Part shown: positions 57,082 to 64,000 of the stretch, one piece after another
How the letters are laid out: every line of letters starts with the position of its first letter
How positions within the stretch are numbered: the stretch's first letter is position 1
From: Kiritimatiellia bacterium
GTDB taxonomy: Bacteria; Verrucomicrobiota; Kiritimatiellia; RFP12; UBA1067
Reading direction: 5' to 3'
DNA length: 64,000 nt
NCBI GenBank assembly: GCA_050949565.1
Contig: JBMNFY010000008.1
Location: 96,001 to 160,000, forward strand
Position numbers and translations under genes: made by a program
Notes under the pieces: model-generated
The model's input: the letters and a program-made list of their open reading frames with translations, nothing else
Databases searched by the model: none
What the model was told of the DNA's origin: nothing

Positions 57082-58461
57082 CTACCCAAGGTACGCGCCT
57101 TGCTCGCGCAGGACCTTCTGGATATCGGCCGCCGGCAGGTCACGCGGACGAACCCCGCCCTTGGCCGCAAGCGCTGCCGCGACGCCGGCCGCCTGACCGG
57201 TCACCACGCACACCGGGATCAAGCGCACGCGATCGATCAAATCCGGCGCGCACGAAATGCAGCGGCCGGCCACGAGCACGTTGTCAACGCTCTTTGGTAA
57301 CAGCGAGCCATACGGTATCTGAAACTCCGGCAGACGCAGTCCGTCATGTCCGGACACTGCCACCGTATCCGGATAGGTCGCGCGTTCCACGGCCCCCTTC
57401 TTGTCGATACGCACCACACCGTTCAGCAGGCGCGTAGCGCGAACGCCAAGTTGCGACGTCGTCTGCGCCAGATAGACCTCTTCATAGCCCGGAGTCTTGC
57501 GGATACGCTGCGTATAGTTCCAAGCCGATTTACGGTGCATCATCTCGGCCTGGGTCATATCGCGAATGTCGAGGCCATTGCCCCTGTTGCCCAGACTGTT
57601 CACCCAGCGCACCGATTTGAGAGGCTCACGTCCGCCGATATTCAGCCGCGTGTTTTCCGGTGCTTTCGATTTGTCAATGCGGTCGGTATTACCAAGGCGA
57701 TGCACGAAGCCCAGCGCATGCGAGATCTGGGTATAACTCTCTCCGGCCTGGAAGAAGACATCGCCATCACCCGATGCGTCTACCACCACTTTAGCCAGCA
57801 CGGCCTGACGCCCCTGCTTGCTCTCGAAAACCACCCCCTGCACGCTCTGGCCGTTCTGGATCACGTCTACCCCCCACGCATGGAAGAAAACATCGACCTT
57901 CGCTTCCTGAACCATCTCGTCCATCAGCACTTTAGCGGCCTCGGGATCCGCAGTCGGTTGCCCGATGTTTGGCTCCAACTTGGTGATCGCGCCCTCGCCC
58001 ATGGCTTCCAAGCGACGCATAAACTCCTCGCAGACACCGCGCGTCACCAGCTTAAACTGGCCGTTCTCTTTGACGCCCGTCCCGATGATAATCAAGACCA
58101 TGCCGTTGGTGAAAAGACCGCCCAGACTGCCGTAGCGCTCGATCAAGGCCACCTTGGCCCCGGCCCGCGATGCCGCTACCGCTGCACCGAAACCAGCCGG
58201 ACCACCCCCGACCACCACGACATCCGCCGTGTGAAAGATCGGCAATTCACGCGCTGGCTGGATGACCTTGCCGCCCTCCAGCCGCGCTGAAGGCACGTCC
58301 TGCATCGAGGGCTCCACCACGCGGATATTCCGCGCGAATCCCGCGTATGCGGGATCGCCGTCCGTCTCATCGGCAAAACCGCGTCCCGTCAACATGCCGA
58401 GCCCCGCCGCTGTACCGCCCAAACCCAACCGCTTGACCATATCTCTGCGTGTGATACTCAT
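57082..58461 (-). CDS. FAD-dependent oxidoreductase with a Tat signal
   Basis: TRRDMVK; DVVVVGGGPAG, DASGDGD and QIPYGSL..AGRCIS motifs. Confidence 0.9.
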   Translation of the reverse strand: MSITRRDMVKRLGLGGTAAGLGMLTGRGFADETDGDPAYAGFARNIRVVEPSMQDVPSARLEGGKVIQPARELPIFHTADVVVVGGGPAGFGAAVAASRAGAKVALIERYGSLGGLFTNGMVLIIIGTGVKENGQFKLVTRGVCEEFMRRLEAMGEGAITKLEPNIGQPTADPEAAKVLMDEMVQEAKVDVFFHAWGVDVIQNGQSVQGVVFESKQGRQAVLAKVVVDASGDGDVFFQAGESYTQISHALGFVHRLGNTDRIDKSKAPENTRLNIGGREPLKSVRWVNSLGNRGNGLDIRDMTQAEMMHRKSAWNYTQRIRKTPGYEEVYLAQTTSQLGVRATRLLNGVVRIDKKGAVERATYPDTVAVSGHDGLRLPEFQIPYGSLLPKSVDNVLVAGRCISCAPDLIDRVRLIPVCVVTGQAAGVAAALAAKGGVRPRDLPAADIQKVLREQGAYLG

Positions 58462-58528
58462 CGTGCACTAGCCTCCATGAAAAGCGTTAATAGACGCCTC
58501 CCAGTGTAGCGAACCTTGCACGCATCGG

Positions 58529-58876
58529 CAAGCGCGGCGGGTGCGTTGAAACGCATTTCAACGCACCTGCCGCGCTTGAAGGAGAATTTAGGATTTAGGA
58601 GTTAGGAGTTTTGCTTGAGAGTTAAACGTCGAGTGCCGGAGGTTGAATGTTTTGTGCCGCGCGCAAGTCTGACGAAAGGATCTGGAGTGCGGCGGCAAGC
58701 GGTATTCCGCGCGACGCCGCTTTTTGAGCAGGAGTTCGGTGGCAGGGCTGCGCGCAAAAGCGGTGCCGCGACCCGCGCACAGCGCGGCTCTTGTCACCGC
58801 ACTCCAAAATTTTTACCCCAGAACGAGCGTCTGCTCGTCCTTAACTTCCTAAATCCTAAATCCTAAATTCTCCTTT
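58529..58876. repeat. Long hairpin followed by an inverted pair of AGGATTT arrays enclosing REP-like elements
   Basis: 23-bp stem at 58529-58578; GGAGAATTTAGG.. at 58581 and its inverse at 58848-58873; GGAGTGCGG-type REPs at 58684 and 58756-58808. Confidence 0.85.
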
Positions 58877-60745
58877 CCGAAACGCTTCCCACGCGGTCTC
58901 GAACCAGAAATCAGCGGAGGGTAACGGCCGGCACGCGCGCCAGCGGTGTTGGCAAGTGTGTCTCGATCCACAGCGGGTTTCCAACACCTGTGCGCGAAAA
59001 GCAGGATCTTCAGGAATCACCGCACCCTGTTCGTCCACCACCAGCGACGAGCCTCGGCTGCCCACGCCCGAACGGACGCTGTACGCCAGCGCCGAAAGAT
59101 ACACCGCATGCGCCGTGCAGAGCTGACGGTTTTCAAACGCCCTGATCCGTTCCGCCGGACGTTCCGCCCGACATCCCTCGCGTTCAAGCCGCCGCACCTG
59201 CGCCCGCGCCGCCGCAACCGCCCGCTCCAACGCCGCCGCTTGGCGCAAGTGCGCGCCATACCGGCTCATGCGCTGTTGAAACTCGTTTCGACATGCGCGC
59301 CACGTCCACTGCGATTGACGGCAACGTGCATCGTAGTCGCGATCCGCGTCGTACACGGACGCCAACGCCGCCTCGAAGGATTCGTCGCTCAGCGTCGAGG
59401 CGGCATAACGCGCAGCGATAAACGCTGCCGCCCGCATCGCGCCCACCTGTCCCGCATTGAGCGCCGAGCCACCCGGACGTCCCACGCCGTGCGAGCCGTT
59501 GACTTCGCCCACCGGGAAAAGATGCGTCAGATTGATCGACTCCCACCAGAGCGATGCTGCCAGCCCGCCGTTGTTGTGCTGTGCGCAGAGCGCGATCTCC
59601 AGCGGCTGCTCAGCCAACTCCACCCCGTGCTCGCCATAGAAGGCGACCGCGCCCGGATTCAATTTTTGCAGGCGGGCGAACGGCGTGCGTCCCGTAGCGC
59701 CTGAACGCGCCAGATAGCTACGTGCCTCTTCAGACAACGCGTCGAATTGAAAACCGGCGGGATTACGGCGGAAGTCAAGGAACACGCGACGCCCCTTGAC
59801 TTCGCGCTCGTCATAGACCAGTCGGTCGATCCGCGACGAGCCCGTCTCTGCCCGGCGCGCATCGAAAGGCCATTGATATCCCTTCAGGAATAACAGGCTA
59901 TACATCTGCGCCGGATCAGCACCCGCGTCCAACAGAAATTCACGCTCATCGGAATGGCCATCTGCATCCGTCGAGATCAGGCGCGGCACCACCTGCATGT
60001 AGCTCCCCGACACATTCCAGCGCGGACGTATCGAAGCCAGACCGTACTGGGAATCGGGCAGGTTACGCGCCGCCGCGCCCGCACGGAAAGCCAGCCCGAT
60101 GCCGCCCAGATGACAGGCGGGATAAACGCTGGCCGCATACAACCCACCGAAACCGCCGACCGCGAACACCACATTCTCGGCGCGGTAGGCACGCCAGGCA
60201 CCGGAAGCGTCCAAAGCCAGCGCCCCGCAGACACGCCGCCGCGCACCCGATCCGCTCACCAACAGCGATGTCACTGAGCACCGCTCATGAATCGGTACGT
60301 CCAAGCGCCGCACCTCGCGCAGCAGTGCCACGCACATATCGCGCGATGTATAGGGCCCGGTCGATGTGGCGCGTCGCGCCGGATCGTGATCGGTCTTGTA
60401 CCCTGGAAACTGGCCGTAGGCGTCATGCGGAAACGGCACACCGAGCGCCACCAGATGCGCAAAGGCATGCACCGAGCCAGCCGCTTCAGCCACGGCGAGA
60501 TCGCCGTGCATGCCGCCCGTAGCCGACAAGGCAGTCGCCATCGCGAAAATGGAGTCCGGCTCCGCGCCGCACAACCCGAGCTTGTAGTAAGTCTGCTTAT
60601 CGCTGCCGGTATTGATCGACGTGCTTTTGCGCACCCCTTCCGTAACGATCAACGTATCGATCCCGCGACGGCGGAGTTGCACAGCGGCCTGAAGTCCCGC
60701 CGCCCCCGAACCAATCACCAGCGTATGGCAGCACGTCGTTTTCAT
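58856..60745 (-). CDS. FAD-binding protein (SdhA/NadB flavoprotein-like)
   Basis: GSGAAG, AQHNNGGL and GEVNGSHGVGRPGGSALN motifs. Confidence 0.85.
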   Translation of the reverse strand: MKTTCCHTLVIGSGAAGLQAAVQLRRRGIDTLIVTEGVRKSTSINTGSDKQTYYKLGLCGAEPDSIFAMATALSATGGMHGDLAVAEAAGSVHAFAHLVALGVPFPHDAYGQFPGYKTDHDPARRATSTGPYTSRDMCVALLREVRRLDVPIHERCSVTSLLVSGSGARRRVCGALALDASGAWRAYRAENVVFAVGGFGGLYAASVYPACHLGGIGLAFRAGAAARNLPDSQYGLASIRPRWNVSGSYMQVVPRLISTDADGHSDEREFLLDAGADPAQMYSLLFLKGYQWPFDARRAETGSSRIDRLVYDEREVKGRRVFLDFRRNPAGFQFDALSEEARSYLARSGATGRTPFARLQKLNPGAVAFYGEHGVELAEQPLEIALCAQHNNGGLAASLWWESINLTHLFPVGEVNGSHGVGRPGGSALNAGQVGAMRAAAFIAARYAASTLSDESFEAALASVYDADRDYDARCRQSQWTWRACRNEFQQRMSRYGAHLRQAAALERAVAAARAQVRRLEREGCRAERPAERIRAFENRQLCTAHAVYLSALAYSVRSGVGSRGSSLVVDEQGAVIPEDPAFRAQVLETRCGSRHTCQHRWRACRPLPSADFWFETAWEAFRKGEFRI

Positions 60746-60755
60746 GACGGTTCAC

Positions 60756-61529
60756 TCACAGCCGCTGCACAGAGAGTCCCCCGTCCACATGCACAATTTG
60801 GCCGGTTGAATATAGGAAATCCCCGCGTGCCAGCGACGCAACGGCGCGTCCCACATCTTCAGGTTCGCCCCAGCGTTTCTGAATCAACAAATCGCTGTCC
60901 GCGATGAGCGCGTCGTACTTGTCCTGAACCGGCCCCGTCATATCACTGCGGATAATCCCGGGGCGCACCTCGTACACCGTCACGCCCTCCTGTCCTAACC
61001 GACTCGCAAACAGGCGCGTCATCATGGTCACGCCAGCTTTGGCGACGCAATACTCGCCGCGTGAAACTGAAGCCACCTCCGCCGACACCGAACCGATGTT
61101 GACGATGCATCCGCAGAACGCGGCGTCTGCGCGGCGTTGTTCAACCATCCAGCGCGCCGCCGCCTGTGTCAGGAAGTAAGGACCTTGCAGGTTGATCCGC
61201 ATCACACGTTCGAAGCTCTCTTCAGTCGCTTCGAGCAGGTCCGCGCGCACGCGCGGTGCAACGCCGGCATTGTTGACCAGCACATGGAGCGCGCCGAAAC
61301 GTGCGCGCACCGCCTCCAGCAGCCGCAACCGGTCGGCCGTCTGCGAGACGTCGGCTTGGATGTAGCAAATCTCGCCGCCGCACTGTTGCAGCGTCTCAAG
61401 TTGCGGAGCGGCCGCCTCGGCAGAGCGCGTGCCGCACACCGCCAGCGCATATCCCTCACGCGCCAACGCCTCAGAAATACCCAAGCCGATACCGCGCGCT
61501 CCGCCGGTCACGAGTGCAACACGCTCCAT
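60756..61529 (-). CDS. Short-chain dehydrogenase/reductase (3-ketoacyl-ACP reductase-like)
   Basis: TGGARGIG, NNAG, YCVAK. Confidence 0.93.
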   Translation of the reverse strand: MERVALVTGGARGIGLGISEALAREGYALAVCGTRSAEAAAPQLETLQQCGGEICYIQADVSQTADRLRLLEAVRARFGALHVLVNNAGVAPRVRADLLEATEESFERVMRINLQGPYFLTQAAARWMVEQRRADAAFCGCIVNIGSVSAEVASVSRGEYCVAKAGVTMMTRLFASRLGQEGVTVYEVRPGIIRSDMTGPVQDKYDALIADSDLLIQKRWGEPEDVGRAVASLARGDFLYSTGQIVHVDGGLSVQRL

Positions 61530-61543
61530 GCGCAAGCCTCCTT

Positions 61544-63982
61544 TTAGCATTTGATGTGCGACAGATCGATAGGCGATACATGCCAGATGTCGCGTGCGTA
61601 TTCACGGATCGTGCGGTCCGAAGAGAACCTCCCCGCGCGCGCCACGTTGATCAGGGCCTTGCGGTCCCATGCCAAAGGATCGCGGTAGAGGGCATCGACC
61701 CGATCTTGCGTCTCCATGTAGTTGCGCAGATCCGCGAGCAGCATGTAGTGATCATTGAAGTCCAACAGCGACTGCACGATCGGATCCAGCAGGCCCGGCG
61801 TGAGCAGACAGAAAACGTTACGCCGGATCATGTCGATCGCCAAGCGGATCTCCGGATCCGTGTGGTAGATATGGCGTGCCGAATAGGTCGGACGCATGGC
61901 CCGGACTTCCTCCGTACGCAACCCGAAGATGAACATGTTCTCGTCGCCCACCTCCTCATTGATCTCGACGTTGGCACCGTCGAACGTACCGAGTGTCAGC
62001 GCGCCGTTCAGCATCATCTTCATGTTGCCAGTGCCCGAGGCCTCGTTGCCGGCCAGTGAGATCTGCTCGCTGACATTCGAGGCCGGGATGATCCGCTCAG
62101 CCAACGAAACGCGGTAGTCGGGCAGAAAGACCACGCGAAGTTTGTCTTGGATGCGCGGATTGTTGTTGACCACATCCGCGACACCGTGGATCAACCGGAT
62201 GATCAACTTCGCCATCGCGTAACCGGGCGCGGCCTTGGCGGCGAAAATGAAGGTACGTGGCAGCATGTCGTATGACGGATCGGCTACCAGGCGGTTGTAG
62301 AGCACGATGATATAGAGCGTCAACAGCAACTGACGCTTGTATTCATGCAGACGCTTGACCAGCACGTCGAAGATCGAATCCGGCGAGACCGTGACCCCAA
62401 CCAATGAGTGGATGTGCTCGGCCATGCGCACTTTGTTCTCCTGCTTGACCTTGCGAAAACGCTTGAGGAACGCCTTGTCGTCCAGAAATTCCTCCAGTTT
62501 CCGCAACTGCTCAAGATCGGTGACCCATCCATCGCCGATCGCCTCCGTAATCAAATCCGCCAGTCCCGGATTGGCCTTCAGCAGCCAACGCCGCGGCGTG
62601 ATCCCATTCGTCTTGTTCGAGAAATGGGAGGGGTACATTTCGTAAAAATCCTTGAAGAGCGTTTTCTTCAAGATCTCAGTGTGAAGCTTCGCGACACCGT
62701 TGACAGCACTAGAGCCAACGATCGCGAGATTCGACATGCGCACCGACCTCTCGCCATGTTCGTCGATCAAGCTCATGCGCGCGAGACGCGCCTCGTCGCC
62801 CGGCCACATCGCCGCCACCTGACACAAGAAGCGACCATTGATCTCAAAGATGATCTGCATGTGGCGCGGCAACAGCCGCTCCATCATTGACACACTCCAA
62901 CGCTCCAGCGCCTCGGGCAGGACGGTGTGGTTCGTGTAGCCCGTGCTCGCCCGCGTGATGGACCAGGCCGTGTCCCAATCTATTCCCTCGCGATCCACCA
63001 AGATCCGCATCAACTCGGGGATCACCAGCGCCGGGTGCGTTTCATTGAGATGGATAAATGCTTTCGAGGGCAACGTCGTCCAGTCGTTATTGCGTAAGCG
63101 GAAGCGGCGCAGGATATCCTGCAACGAGCAGGCAACATAGAAGTACTGCTGCCGCAAACGCAGTTCCTTACCCGCCAGAACGTTATCGTTCGGATAGAGA
63201 ACCTTGGTCAGGTTTTCGGCCAGCACCTTGTTCTCCACTGCGGCGACGTACGACCCTTGGTTGAAGTCATCAAGATGAAACTCGTCGTCAGCTTTGGCCG
63301 ACCAGAGGCGCAGGACATTCACAGCCTCGCTGTAGCCCACGATAGGCATATCGTACGGCATGCCCATCACTTTTTCCGTGTCCACCCAGCGCCACTCGGC
63401 ATCCCCGTTACTACCGCTAATACACTCAACGTGCCCGCCAAAATGGACGACCTGCGTGTGCTCAGGCCGGGAGATCTCCCACGGTGTACCGTCCTTCAGC
63501 CAGTGATCCGGCTCCTCTACCTGATGCCCATCGACGATGCGCTGCTTAAAAATCCCGTAATCATAACGCAGCCCGTAGCCCATCGCAGCCAGATTCAGCG
63601 TGGAAAGCGAATCGAGAAAACACGCGGCCAACCGTCCCAAGCCACCATTCCCCAGGCCGGCATCCACCTCGTACTCACGTAGTGAATTCCAGTCGATCCC
63701 CGCGTCCTTCATCGCCTTGTCGCACAACGCATCCATTCGCATGTTGATGACGTTGTTGCCGAGCAGTCGGCCGATCAGAAACTCAAGCGAGAGGTAGTAG
63801 ACATACTTTACGTTCTGGGTGCGATAGGTCTCACGGGTCTCAATCCAACGTTCAACCAAGCGATCACGCACAGTGTAGGCAAACGCGTGGTAGAGATCCC
63901 GCGGTGTCGCAATGTCCAGTGTACTTGCTTGTGTATACCGCAAATGCCGCGCAAAATCCGCCTTGATCCCCTCGACACTCAT
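61544..63982 (-). CDS. glgP: Glycogen/starch phosphorylase (frame is open to the window edge, so the true start may lie upstream)
   Basis: LGNGGLGRLAACF, YTNHT, KRLHEYKRQ and EASGTGNMK (PLP-Lys) motifs. Confidence 0.97.
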   Translation of the reverse strand: MSVEGIKADFARHLRYTQASTLDIATPRDLYHAFAYTVRDRLVERWIETRETYRTQNVKYVYYLSLEFLIGRLLGNNVINMRMDALCDKAMKDAGIDWNSLREYEVDAGLGNGGLGRLAACFLDSLSTLNLAAMGYGLRYDYGIFKQRIVDGHQVEEPDHWLKDGTPWEISRPEHTQVVHFGGHVECISGSNGDAEWRWVDTEKVMGMPYDMPIVGYSEAVNVLRLWSAKADDEFHLDDFNQGSYVAAVENKVLAENLTKVLYPNDNVLAGKELRLRQQYFYVACSLQDILRRFRLRNNDWTTLPSKAFIHLNETHPALVIPELMRILVDREGIDWDTAWSITRASTGYTNHTVLPEALERWSVSMMERLLPRHMQIIFEINGRFLCQVAAMWPGDEARLARMSLIDEHGERSVRMSNLAIVGSSAVNGVAKLHTEILKKTLFKDFYEMYPSHFSNKTNGITPRRWLLKANPGLADLITEAIGDGWVTDLEQLRKLEEFLDDKAFLKRFRKVKQENKVRMAEHIHSLVGVTVSPDSIFDVLVKRLHEYKRQLLLTLYIIVLYNRLVADPSYDMLPRTFIFAAKAAPGYAMAKLIIRLIHGVADVVNNNPRIQDKLRVVFLPDYRVSLAERIIPASNVSEQISLAGNEASGTGNMKMMLNGALTLGTFDGANVEINEEVGDENMFIFGLRTEEVRAMRPTYSARHIYHTDPEIRLAIDMIRRNVFCLLTPGLLDPIVQSLLDFNDHYMLLADLRNYMETQDRVDALYRDPLAWDRKALINVARAGRFSSDRTIREYARDIWHVSPIDLSHIKC

Positions 63983-64000
63983 CTCCGCGAGGCAGGTGTT

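Overview
GC-rich bacterial chromosome segment. The gene repertoire (type-2 IleRS, DUF2851, BspA-type LRR and beta-strand-repeat surface proteins, XylR-type regulator, many glycan enzymes) suggests a PVC-superphylum organism such as Kiritimatiellota or Lentisphaerota; this is inference. Housekeeping genes (ileS, rnc, rlmN, recD2, nth, ychF, murI, glgP) are interleaved with carbohydrate loci, two GT-C glycosyltransferase genes, two restriction-modification-like modules, a RelE toxin-antitoxin pair, one IS and one 101-bp MITE. The most unusual signal is non-coding. Many intergenic regions are mosaics built from a small set of modules: 7-mer tandem arrays with fixed ends, ~58-bp units made of a constant linker plus a variable 9-mer triplet, and several REP-like hairpins. 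These modules form arrays that appear to vary by whole units, bracket accessory cargo as direct or inverted pairs, overlap stop codons, and sit in frame inside ileS and a glycosyltransferase. No rRNA, tRNA or CRISPR-Cas locus was recognised. All product calls come from motif recognition by eye, not database searches.
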